From contig BCIN01000005.1 of NCBI GenBank assembly GCA_039545335.1, positions 648,641 through 712,640 of the forward strand: 64,000 nt of DNA, given 5' to 3'. The stretch comes from Kondoa subrosea. Lineage: Eukaryota. A program made the translations under genes and the position numbers. How positions within the stretch are numbered: the stretch's first letter is position 1; each line of letters begins with the position of its first letter. The notes beneath the pieces are model-generated. The model had not been told where the DNA came from. It saw only the letters and a list, made by a program, of their open reading frames with translations, and searched no databases. Below are positions 51,803 through 64,000 of this stretch, piece after piece.

Positions 51803-53048
51803 TCAACTCTCACACAGCATACAGTCAGTCCAGAATTTTTGTCCAATACTCATAATCTGATTATCTGTTTTCACTAGAATCTGCAACACGTTCTTCAAAG
51901 AGCTTCTGGACATTTTGCAAGATATCTTTAATACTAATAGACTACTTTTTATAGCAACACAATACGAAATCGAGCAGTGCTTGTAATCATATCATCATCT
52001 TCTACTTGAGCAACAGCATTGTTGACCTTTCCATTTAACGGTTATAGCCCGCTCCTCATTGCCATTCTGTGACACCTTCTAACATACCCATACATATCGC
52101 CGACATTAGCACTTGATTTCGCTTGATGAGAGTGAGGCTGGAAGCATATGTTCAGCTGCGCGAACAAAGGCTTCTCATACTGCGGACAGAACGCGAAGAA
52201 GTGACTTCTAGATCTTTGGTTGCGAGACGACTTCTTGGATTTAAAGACGCTTTACAGAAGCAGAGAAGACTTCTGAAGCTCAAATCCAAGAAGGAGCTCC
52301 TGCTGTCAAAGTATGGAGAGACTAGACCGAAGAACGTCTTTGCTCTAAAGAGCTGCCGAGTCTTTATAAAAGTGGTCATCACAAAGAGTGACTTGATGAA
52401 GTCCGACCTAGCAATGTTGAGACCTCTAGCGCGGTGCAACAGTGGCCTAGAAGCCATTGATCTCGAAGGCAAAGCGAGAAAGTCACATAGATGACAGACG
52501 ACTCAAAGCGACATAGACTGAAGGGACGATAGAAGAGACAAGAGTCAGATGCAAAGTAGTACACCTTGCATTGGAACAGCATGGAGAGCAAATAGTGAGG
52601 ATCAAGTACTCCAGCTCGCGCTCTTTCAACAGACTTCAGCAGGAAGATAAAGCGTGTTTTCTGACTGGGCGGACGTGTTGAACACATCTAAAGACTTGTA
52701 CTGGCCTTTGCAGCACACCAAGCGCAACGACAACAACAAGGGAAGAGGAAGGGAAGAGGGAATAACACCGGCCGGCTTTTCCGAGCGAACCCTTGCTCAA
52801 GGGGAGGTTGACCTCGAACCCTTTCCTCAGCTTCTGTGCTGTTTGATTTGTCTTTCTACCTTAATACTGCTCGTTGCTATACCTTGCTCTTGCATACATT
52901 TGTAAGCTGGCTCCCTACTTTGCGAGATTTCTAAAGGCTGATGTTGTCAAAACAAAGTCATCGGAACCTCCTCCTATTCGCTCATTGTCTCTTTTGCTCG
53001 CAATCGTTCTCTATCCTACACCTTTCTAACACTCGTTGATCACCTAAA

Positions 53049-55009
53049 ATGGCTGTGAGTTTCAACAAAACAAACAAATCTCGAATCTTTTGTTTACCGT
53101 GACGATTCAGCAAACTCGTCGAGCTGCTGCCAGACGTCTAGGCAACGAGAATGCTATTCAACCTACTGCTGCAGCCGGGAGAACAGCAAAGGCAACGGGT
53201 CTTGCCGCAAAGGAACCTGTCAAAGGTCGAACAACAAGAACCTCTCAGGTTGGAATTGTCAAGGTAAGTTTCTCTTCGTTTTCTGCTGCCACAATATGCT
53301 GATTCACACTGGATAGGATCCTAATGGAGCTCTAGGGACCAAACCAGTCAACAGCAAACCAGCTGTGAGTGGCATTGCCAAGGGTTAGCCATTTCTCTGC
53401 TACACCTTTGTAACCTCTCTGACCTGTTCAATATAGCCAAGAAGGAAGTGGAAGTCAAGCCTCGGCCTCGAACAAGGGCTTCAGCTGCTGCAGATGATGT
53501 TACCATGGCTGAAACGAGTGCTGCTCTTCCAGCTGCCGATATCGCCGAACGACCCATCAAAGCTCTCAAAGGCGGTGTCAAAGCAACCCGAACAACTGGC
53601 GCTCTCGGTGTGAAGTCAAATAATGGTGTTAAAGCAGAAGCTGGTACTTCGCTTGCTCCAGCAAAGAAAGCAGCAGGCAAGCGATCCAAACAGGAAGTCG
53701 CTCCACCTTCCAAACGTGCTCTGGTTGTTGAAGAAGAGACTGAACAAGATGATGAGGTCAAAGCTGCCCGTACCAAGAGAATAAGAGTTGCGAAAGATGC
53801 TGGCTGGCAAGATTTGGATGATGGTGATGAGGATGATCCCATGATGGTTACAGAATACGTCAATGAAGTTTACGAATACCTCAAGGAATTGGAAGTGAGT
53901 TGTTTGCTTATTTAAGCTTTGAATATCAATCCTGAATCTTGGATAGTTGACAACTATGCCTGATTCCACTTATATGGTTCGTCAAACGGAGCTCACTTGG
54001 CGCATGAGAGGCATCCTTTGCGACTGGCTTGTTGATGTGCATAGGCAAGCTTTTTTCTTCCCACCGACCTGACTTTCAACTCATTTCCTTGACAGCAAAT
54101 TCCGCCTCCTGCCTGAAACCATCTTCTTAGCAATGAACATTGTCGATCGTTTCCTCTCTATCCGAACTGTGTCTTTGGTCAAGTTCCAGCTCGTTGGTGT
54201 CACTGCTCTCTTCATCGCCGCAAAATACGAAGAGATTGTCTGCCCTTCTATCTCGAGCTTTCTCTACATGACCGATGGTGGATACACTGATGATGAAATT
54301 CTCAAGGCTGAAAGGTAATTTGTGTCTGCCTTCTAAGTCAAGACTTAGTATTAAGATTGACTTGTCCAGATACATGCTGCAAATGATTGGTTATGATCTT
54401 TCCTACCCAAATCCAATCAACTTCCTTCGTCGAATCAGCAAAGCAGATCAATACGATGTTACTTGTCGAACAGTATCCAAGTACTTTATGGAAATGGCAT
54501 GCGTGGATCGTCGTTTCATGATCTATGCTCCTTCTATGTTGGCCGCCGCTGCATGTTGGTTGGCGAGAAAGGTGTTGGACAGAGGTGATTGGGACTGCAA
54601 TTTAGTTCACTATGTGAGTTTCCATCTGTCTTCTACAAGAATCGAGTTCTGATATATTCTGTAACAGTCTACTTACTCTGAAGAGGAAGTTCTACCGTGC
54701 GCACAACTCATGCTCAACTTTGTCGCGCGTGATATCAACAACGGAGAACCCACTTGTAAGTTGCTTTTGTCTTGTTCTGCTTCAATTGAGCTAATGATCT
54801 TTTCCGAAGATGCCAACTTCAACAAGAAGTACGCAAGTCGAAAATTCATCAAGTCTGCTGATGTCGTCGAGTCTTATGTCCGCGACAACTACTTCGATGA
54901 TCACAGCAAGCTGGTACCTGCATCTTCTTCCTCTCAAGATGAAGCCGATTCCGATCCAGCTGCTCCTCAAAAGATGATGCCCCGTCTTGAAGAATGGAGC
55001 AAGTACTGA
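53049..55009 (+). CDS. B-type (G2/M) cyclin, multi-exon
   Basis: DDPMMVTEYVNEVYEYL, cyclin box [37 protein letters not shown]...FIAAKYEEI, YPNPINFLRRISKAD. Confidence 0.95.
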
Positions 55010-55431
55010 AGACTTGCACTGTCAAGACCATACTTCTTTTCCATTTAACAGCACGACATATCTTACTGACGAATTTCTTTTGCACACACACACTAACGAC
55101 CACCTTCTTATGTGAATAACGAGCGGGCACCACGGCAAGGACAAGAGGCAGGACAGAAACCTCTGTTATTTTGATTGCTACCTGGGAGATAGAATGAGGA
55201 AAAAAGCGTTTCGAAGAGTTTTGTATTCACTTCTTGCATTATAGCATTATTGATTTGTTCAATCGTTCTCCCTATCTCTAGCGCTATTCATGCTTCTGCT
55301 TGCCGGCTTTTGAACGCCATTACGTAATGACATTCTCTTTGTTCCGACGCATTGTTTTTTGCTCTCAAACCTCTTGCGCGCGGCAATGAGAGCCTGCGTT
55401 ACTCTTCCCTCTCCAGCCATATTCCCACCAG

Positions 55432-56953
55432 ATGCAATGCTTCCGTTCCAATGCGTTAGGTAGTAGAAGATTGCTTCATTCAACTTCAGGTCTTCGCACG
55501 AGTGTACCCAACAAACGCCCTAAGATTGTTCGACCATCTACGCCGGAATGGATAGCTGCTCTACCTCCTTTCCCTTTACCTGCGGCTCAACATATGCGTT
55601 TGACGGTCTACGAATCAGACCTCAATCTATATCTGAAGCAAGTGTTGGATTCAAATGACAAGATCAGCGCTTTGGACCTTGAATGGAGTATGTCCAACCT
55701 CTGTCTTCAATTTAGTCAAGAGATTGATGTCAAGTGCGGTGCAGATATCGCCTTCAAAGGATTCTCGGAGAGAAGAACTGGTTTCTTACAAATCGCACAT
55801 CCCAAAGTCGGACTCCTACTCTATTGCGTACCGAGATCACAGAATGCTACTCTGTCTTCTACTTTGACTACTTATTTGGCTTCGAAAGAGCACATCAAAA
55901 TGGGGTGAGTTGCCCGCGGTCTCGAAGGAGGATTCACTTCTGACTAATACGATGAGAGGATAGTGTGAATATAGTTGGAGACGCAAGGAAACTCTGCAGA
56001 GATTTCTTGCCTCGTCAACCCGATTTGAAATTTGAAGGCTTGTTGGAATTATCTACTCTAGCTAAATTCATCGATCCAGAAAGATGGGCTAGTCAATTAG
56101 GTCCTTTGGTCTCTCTGCAGAACTTGGTTGGTCATTATACTGGTTATCATTTAAGTAAAGGGGATTCGAGGACCAAGACTGATTGGGAGGTAAGCTTTTC
56201 TTCTGCACCTGAAGCGGCTGTGTACTAAGGCTAGTGAGGTTGTTTAGGACATCAATATTCCCTTGCCTGCTCTGCAATGTAATTAATCTCGTTCATACTT
56301 GCAGACATTTTCGGCTAAGTGTGTACATCCAGACGCTGCTGGAGATGTTGTAGCGACTGTGCGAGCGTTTCAATCTATGCATGAGGTTGGTGCCTTCCGT
56401 CTACTCAAGAATGTAACCCAACTGAAGATCCCGTAACAGAAATTCCTTGCCATGCAATCAGAGACGAAATTAGAAGACTTCCTATCTTCCTATAGCGTTA
56501 GCGGTGCGAGGACAGAGAATCCAGCTCGCGAGTGTCATAATTCCCAGGTGTTTTCATTACATCTGATTCTTCCCTCAGTACCACTCGCGCTTTCCAGCCT
56601 CACTCCAAAACAAGCTGAAGCATGGACGCGAACTTTTTCGCCCGATACGGCCACATGGACGATGGATCTCAATCGAGTTGCTCAAGAGATGAAGATCAAG
56701 CCTTCTACCGTGTTAAATGTAAGCTTTTTTGATAGGCAATTCAGCTTGTAGGCGAATCGGTCGATGACGATTGAACTTTTAGCATCTCCTGGAAGCGATC
56801 AAGCGAGTACCTACAACGTATAAACGCTTGAATGCGGAACAGGCAGAAGCTCTTTATAAAGCTTGGGAGTCGGATATGTTTGCGAGAAGCAGATTTGAAA
56901 ATCCCGAGTTCGCTCTTCGTCCACCTATAATAGTTCGCCGGGCGTTCACCTAA
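55432..56953 (+). CDS. DnaQ/DEDDy 3'-5' exonuclease (WRN-exo/EXD2-like), multi-exon
   Basis: ExoI ALDLEW, ExoII VNIVGDARKL, and ExoIII TDWE...LQYAAGDV after splicing. Confidence 0.85.
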
Positions 56954-57461
56954 ATCATGGTACGGCCTATACTTCTGTCTGAATTGAAAGCTGATATGAT
57001 CAAACCAGTACTGTATTGAATTGCAAGCCTTGCATTGTACTCTTCATCGCCTGTCGCTCCTCAGTGAGAAGCGATACTGTATTCTATTTTCCTCTCTTCC
57101 AGTATTCTCGCTTTGACTCCATTGACAAGAACGCTCGAATTAGCTCAGACTGGCGCCGGGTCTGTTCTCCCTTTCTTATCATATTCAAAAGCGCGTACCC
57201 ATATTGTTGTACTCAGCTGGATTACTGCCTCCAATGCTGTCGCCAGATGGAAGCGCAGCCGGTTCGTCAGGCTTGCGCCTAATGTCAACCTCTGCTGATC
57301 AAAACACCATTCATTTGTCGATGATCAGCCGGAACATACCAAACTCCTTTGTTGAAGTCATGTCGTTGGCCATAAGAATGACCACTGCTTCACGAAATGG
57401 CTTCTTCTTCCTCTTCTTCTCCGTCGAGGTCTTCTTTCCTGGTTCTTAATTACAACATACT

Positions 57462-58022
57462 ATGTCCAGTCTTTCGAAAGTCAAGAATTTGCTCGAACGT
57501 CATTCGCAAGTTCATGGACGTGGTCCTAGCAACCCTCTCTTCAAATCTACTATGACGGACAGCTGGTATTCGCAATGCGGCAAAGAGATTGGACGGCTTA
57601 CAGAAAAGGAGCAACAAATGCTTGCTCAGCAGAATGGCTTCATGGACATGCTTCGCTATACCGTTTTGGCTCTTGAGGAGAAGCCTGCTTATGTTGAAGA
57701 AGTCAAGACCTTGCGTCTCATTGTCAAAGTAAGCGAAGTTATGCTGCTCAATATCTTCTGCGGCTCATTCTTTAGCAGAGATTGGAGACTTACCTTCAAG
57801 AGAAGCATGGCCAGGCTCCTTTGCGCCTTGAAATGCCCGTGCGAAGTCAGGCCCATCGTTCATCGCTTTCTACCTGTCGAGAACACTGCTGATTTGTAAT
57901 GAACAGGCCCGCAACACGCCTATGAGCATCATCCTAGCCTTGGCTGTGATGTTTGGGTCGCTCACGACCCCAGTAACGCGAAGATCTATAGCCGCGACGG
58001 TGTGATCTGGCACTTGTGGTAG
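57462..58022 (+). CDS. Hypothetical protein, probably spliced
   Basis: ATG-initiated ORF with plausible introns near 57729 and 57839. No motif recognised; the 3' end is uncertain. Confidence 0.4.
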
Positions 58023-58106
58023 CGATTTCTGATGGAATCAGTACTCTCGCCTATTGTTGTTTGTACATAAATTATGCTATCCATAGACCGTATCAACTGT
58101 AGCTGT

Positions 58107-58133
58107 CAAATCTCGTTATCAAATCTCGCTATC
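58107..58133. repeat. 13-bp tandem duplication in the intergenic region
   Basis: caaatctcgttat caaatctcgctat c. Confidence 0.6.
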
Positions 58134-58376
58134 CCAAGTCGCGACCCCTGCGCTTAACGACGAACAAGCGATTCCTGAACTGAGGTCCACGGTGCTGCAC
58201 TTAATATCAACACCTTCCATATACCCTGCAAGGCTATTACTCTCGCTCTACATACTTAGAAGCGAAAGCGTGTTGAAGCAGACGGATCCAGCTGTCATCG
58301 TGCTTTGATCTTGTTTGAAGTACTGTTTGGATCTCCTGCCTGCCTGTTGTGTCTTCTCTAATTGAAAACCATCAAG

Positions 58377-59231
<855 letters not shown>

Positions 59232-59449
59232 GATCAACATTGCAGTAATCCGGATTGTGTATATTATCGTTCCCAGTAAGCGAATGAAGCCAGATCGCTA
59301 GTAGAGCACAGCACGGATATCGACAGACGAGAAACGTCCCAAGTTGATAGCAATAATGTGCACTGCATATTCACGACCTCGTCAAATCAAGTGTGCACAG
59401 CAATTGAGTCATAGCCTTTCTTTTCTTACACCGACCATTCTCAAGGAAT

Positions 59450-62245
59450 ATGTCGCTTGATACCAAGGAGGTTGAGGATATCCGAGAGTTGATATCGCAG
59501 CTGCAAAAGCTTACGCACGACGACGAGGAAACTCCTTCGACAGAAACTTCAGAACAATTGGCAAAGGAGGATCACCATGCAAATGAGGAGCAGGAAGAAG
59601 GTGTAGCTGTATCTGGACAAGTCAAGCCAGTTCAGCAAAAGAAGAAGTCTCAGCCTAAGAAATCAAATCTGCTGAAATCCCATGATTATGTAATCCAAAC
59701 CGAAGGCAAAGAACGAACCTTGACTAGTTGGCGGATGCAAGATTTCGCTTACAAGAAAGAACCTTGTCCTTTTCCTACTCGTGCACGAGGTCTTTTTACT
59801 GAAGTTTATGTACATTCTGAAACTGGTCTACAAGAGGGGGAACCGAGAATCATTACAAGAGGTTATGACAAGTTCTTTAATGTCAATGAAGTCTCTTGGA
59901 CAAAGGTAGGACCCTTCTTATGACCCCTTTGAGATACAATGTACTGATTTTGATATTCCGAAGTGGAAAAATATGGAAGAAAGTACTAAAGCTCCGTACT
60001 ATCTTACAGTCAAGTCCAACGGTTGCATCATTTTCATCTCCGCTTTATCATCTACTGAATTACTCGTTACTTCCAAACATTCTTTGGGCAAAATCGAAGG
60101 TCAAACTATGTCTCATGCCGAAAAGGGTGAAGAATGGCTCGAGAAAACCCTCAAATCAGTTAGTAAAACTCGGGAAGACTTAGCTGCAGAATTATGGAAG
60201 AATAATTGGACAGCTGTAGCAGAGGTAAGTCAATTTTCAACATTCAATGAATTAGCGATACTTAATCTTAACGTTAGCTCTGCGACGACTCATTCGAAGA
60301 ACACGTTCTAGCTTATGCGGAGGAGGATACTGGTCTACACTTACACGGCTTAAACTACAATACTCGAACTTTACACACTTTACCTCCTGCCCAAGTAACC
60401 GAATTCGCTATATCCTACGGATTCATCCAAACGGCTTACCTTACCTTACCTACTTTAAGCGAAGTCAAGAACTTCAGCGAAGAATGCGCTAAAACTGGGA
60501 CTTGGAATGGATCACATGTCGAAGGTTTTGTTGTCCGATGTGGGTATGTTGGATCAACGAAAGATGAGACGGATATGTTCTTCTTCAAGATCAAATTTGA
60601 AGAACCTTACTTGCGCTGGAGGGAATGGAGGGAAATTACTAGAAAGATGTTGGCTTTCAAAGCAAAGAAAGAAGGTACTAAACAGCAAAATAATGTCAAG
60701 GAGGAGAAAGGAACTGTCAATGGAGTGAAACTTTCTAGGATACAGCATCCTCAAACTAGAGCTTATGTGTATTGGGTTTCGAAAGCCTTGGAAGAGCATC
60801 CAGATTGGTTTGATGATTGGAAACAATCGAAAGGCATTGTCAGGATTCGTGAACAGTTTTTGGCTTATGAGCAAGAATATGGTACGAAATGGGACGAGGA
60901 GAAGGAAGAAGAAGAGAAGAAACCTTTCACGCGAACTTTACTTGTACCGATAGCTGTTCCAGGTTGCGGTAAGTCCATGTTCTCTCTACTCTAGTAAGCT
61001 AATATCTGGAACAGGTAAAACCCTTATGAGCGTCGCTCTGTCGCACCTGTTCGAGTTTGGACATACTCAAAGCGACGATGTAGTGGCGAAGCAAACAAAG
61101 AATCTGTTCAAAGAGAACATCCGCAAGGAGCTAGATCAGCATGAAGTAGTCATAGCGGACAGGTCCGTGGGGTGAAAATTTGCGTGGTCTACGCTCATAC
61201 TCATTTACTTCCGTCGGACAGAAACAACCATGAAATTCAACATCGAGCTGACCTGGCCAAACTGATATCTTCGCCCAAAGTCACCAAAAAACAGAAACAT
61301 CAGACGGACATTGCACATCACGTTCGTTTAATCGCATTATGCTGGGATATCGATACAATACCTGGCAACACCCTCCATCAAATCTGTACCGATCGAATCC
61401 TAGTTCGAGGAGAGATGCATCAATCCTTACGAGCTGATAAGGAGAACAAATTGCACGAAACGATTTTCCAGCGATTTGTGCATACGCATCAACCTTTCGA
61501 CGATGCGCTCAACGGGGATTCAGATGGACAATTTGATGCTTCCATTCACATTGATCCTACTCTGTCGAAAATGGACATGCTCAATTCCATTGTCAAACAT
61601 TTATGTCCGCTCTTATCGATCGAGGTACCATCTAAAGAAAAGATTGCAGCTGCGTTGGAAGAAGCGGAGAAGTACAAACCATCAGTATATAAAGAACAGA
61701 AAGAAGGTGTCGCTGCTATTCGCTACTACGGCATTGCTCTCCAACTGGATCTCCTCGCCTTCTTGCAACCCATCTTCGCCAGCAAACCAGAAGTTGATGC
61801 TGACTTTTTGGAGACTCTACGACGAGTGGACAGAATAGAGAAGAAACCTCATATTACTATGGTGCACAACAAGGAAAAGTCAGAAGAAGGCATCACCGAA
61901 CTCGAAAAAGAAAGTTTGATTTCCTTATGGAAAGAATGTGAAACCCTTGCTTCCCAGAACAAAGAAGTTCAAGTTACGCTTGGTCCGAAATTAGCTTGGG
62001 ATGAGCGGTGCATGTCACTTGAAGTGTCTGCTTTAACTCCTGAAAACCTGTTGAAGAACGTCGAGAAGATCAAGTCTTTCCATGTGACGATTGGCACGAA
62101 AGATAGCACTATCAATGGATATGAGGGGAAGTTGTTGATGGATGCTGTTCATAGCGGAGAAAAGGAAAGCAAGGAAGGAGGAGAAATAAGAGTTATGGAT
62201 ATTGGAACTCATCAAGCTAGTGGGAAGGTCAAGGGTCTGAATTGA
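59450..62245 (+). CDS. TRL1: Fungal trifunctional tRNA ligase, multi-exon
   Basis: Ligase motifs (ARGLF, RGYDKFFN, TVKSNGC, EGFVVR, FFFKIK), kinase P-loop PGCGKT and 2H phosphodiesterase motifs PHIT/FHVT. Confidence 0.95.
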
Positions 62246-62336
62246 TCGAGCGGTGACAGGGATACCCTTGCATGAATATGGAACATACATATATACAATG
62301 AGTGTAAAATACAAAAGGAGCATGCGATGCAGAACT

Positions 62337-63148
62337 TTAGGTTGATTTCGCTTTGCAATGCTGCATGGCCGCTCCGCATACGCTGGCGATGAGTAAATAG
62401 ATAAGAACCAGAATACTTCAGCAATCGTAGGCATCAGTAAGTTTCATATGCTGCAGCAGGACAAACTTACGAGAAGCCGCTGAGCACCAAAAGCTTCGTA
62501 TTCTTCCACCAATACTTTCGTCTGACTGCAGCCGATCTCTTGCGAAAAGCTTTTGCTTGGGTTGAAAGTCCGTCCGTTTTCTGCGATAGAAATGAGCATT
62601 TGCGCGCAATAACAGAATAGATGATATACATCGATAAGTAGATCTAATCGTTCGCCTCGACTGAGAATCTGCTCTACATTCTTGACCATGATATCCTATC
62701 GTCTCTGCATTCAGATTACCATCCTCAAGCTGGCTGGGAAACCAACCTTGACATTAGAGATTTCAGCTTGAGCTTCCCTGATAGCATCGTTTGGCGGTGT
62801 CGTCTCATATTTGTGCATGAGCTGACCGATGCGGGCGCTGAAAGCGTTCATGCCATAAGGAGGTGCATCAGCTATATCTGAATTGGAATAATTGCTCAAA
62901 AACTCCTTTTGCAGTTCAGCCAAGAAAGCGAAAGGTGTTCTTCTGCCTAAGCTGTCGTCGGCCATACATAAAACCGTGATATCATTCGAATCCCGGATGT
63001 AGTGGAACAGATGTTGATCGGCAGCTGTCATAATCGCATGAAAGATGTGAGCTACAGAGGGAGCAGCATCTCCAAAAACTGACCATATGTCAATTTGCTG
63101 CTGTTGGGTGGAATGCGAGAGAGAATGGTTTCGACCGCTTTCCGACAT
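62337..63148 (-). CDS. Longin R-SNARE (VAMP7/Nyv1-like), multi-exon
   Basis: Longin domain (LCMADDSLGRRTPFAFL), SNARE motif (VKDIMVKNVEQILSRGERLDLLIDKT), WWKN and a C-terminal TM segment. Confidence 0.9.
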
Positions 63149-63591
63149 TACTTTGTGTCAGAGCTCATTCAAACGGAGCATGATATGGACAGCGCACCAG
63201 ATGAGTAAGAGCCTTCATTGTCTGTCCCGTGCTCAGCCAATATCACAGATCCTCTGGATACCACAGCGTGTAGAAGTGACATGATGCTGGTTTTGGACAG
63301 AAAGGTAGCTTGATCGCAAACAGTCAGTCAGTCAATCAGGTGAGGCACCATTCTGTTCTGTGTCGCTCATCCTTCTTCTCGCTGTATCGTGCTCTTCACT
63401 CTAACTGGCTTCCACCTGTGACGCTTGAATATATGTCACAGCTTGAACAGTTCGAACGCTTCTTCGCATCTTGCTGCTTTATGCTAGCTTGATTTGAATC
63501 TTCCCCGTCTACACTTGCTCGAGTCTTGCTGCCAAAAAAAATCATTGTCTTATTCGAGTAAGGACAGCTATCCTTATCGCAATCTGCAAAC

Positions 63592-64000
63592 ATGTCTCTC
63601 GTTGTGGTTACTGGTATTTCAGGCTACGCAGGTACGTTGAAATCTATCATTCGTCCCGCTCTTCTCACATGGGGACGGCTTCAGCGAGCTATGTCGCTCA
63701 AGAATTGCTCCAAAAAGGATATCGAGTCCGTGGTACGGTTCGTAACGTGAAGAAAGCAGATGCAGTCAAGCAACTCTTCGACAAAAAGAATGTGGAACTT
63801 GTCGAAGTGGCTGATATTGCTCAATCTGATCTGACTGAAGCTATGAAAGGTACGTCTGGCAATGACAAAGCGTTGTCTGGGACAAAACAGTAAAACTCAA
63901 TCATATGATATCAGATGTTGAATTTGTTATGCATGTTGCAAGTCCATATCACTTCAAGATCAATGATCCGAAGAAAGATATGCTAGACGTGCGTCTTGAA
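63592..64000 (+). CDS. NAD(P)-dependent epimerase/aldehyde reductase (Gre2/ARII-like), 5' part only
   Basis: MSLVVVTGISGYA...LLQKGYRVRGTVR...DVEFVMHVASP. Runs off the window end. Confidence 0.88.

Noticed and set aside
52120..52525. TGATGA/CTGA pairs suggesting C/D box snoRNAs
   Set aside because: I could not recognise any rRNA-complementary guide or terminal stem, and such short motifs are expected by chance.
57080..57460. Possible spliced gene on the minus strand between the exonuclease and the 57462 ORF
   Set aside because: Donor-like GTATGT sites are present, but I found no convincing start codon or recognisable product.

Overview
Gene-dense, intron-rich eukaryotic DNA from a fungus. 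It is most likely a basidiomycete; Pucciniomycotina is a guess from gene content and ~50-nt introns. About 22 protein-coding genes are recognisable after manual splicing: a cold-shock-domain protein, HRD1, a Cep57/Ppc89-like protein, midasin MDN1 (~16 kb), an uncharacterised membrane protein, a C2H2 factor, eIF1A, OST3/6, a small GPI protein, an AA9 LPMO, SKN7, SRP40, BolA, an arrestin-like protein, glycogen synthase, a hevein-like peptide, cyclin B, a DnaQ-type exonuclease, ARL1, tRNA ligase TRL1, a longin SNARE and a partial aldehyde reductase. The most unusual structure is at the left edge. A CRE-like non-LTR retrotransposon has its RT segment on the + strand, while the next part of the same protein (zinc knuckle) runs on the - strand from a junction at ~92. 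This is the geometry of a twin-priming 5' inversion. Other notable items are an ARL1 ATG split by an intron, a probably GPI-anchored AA9 LPMO, a fungal cold-shock domain built from micro-exons, very short divergent spacers and a structured 240-nt BolA intron. All exon boundaries were inferred by eye and no database searches were run. I saw no rRNA, tRNA or CRISPR array.
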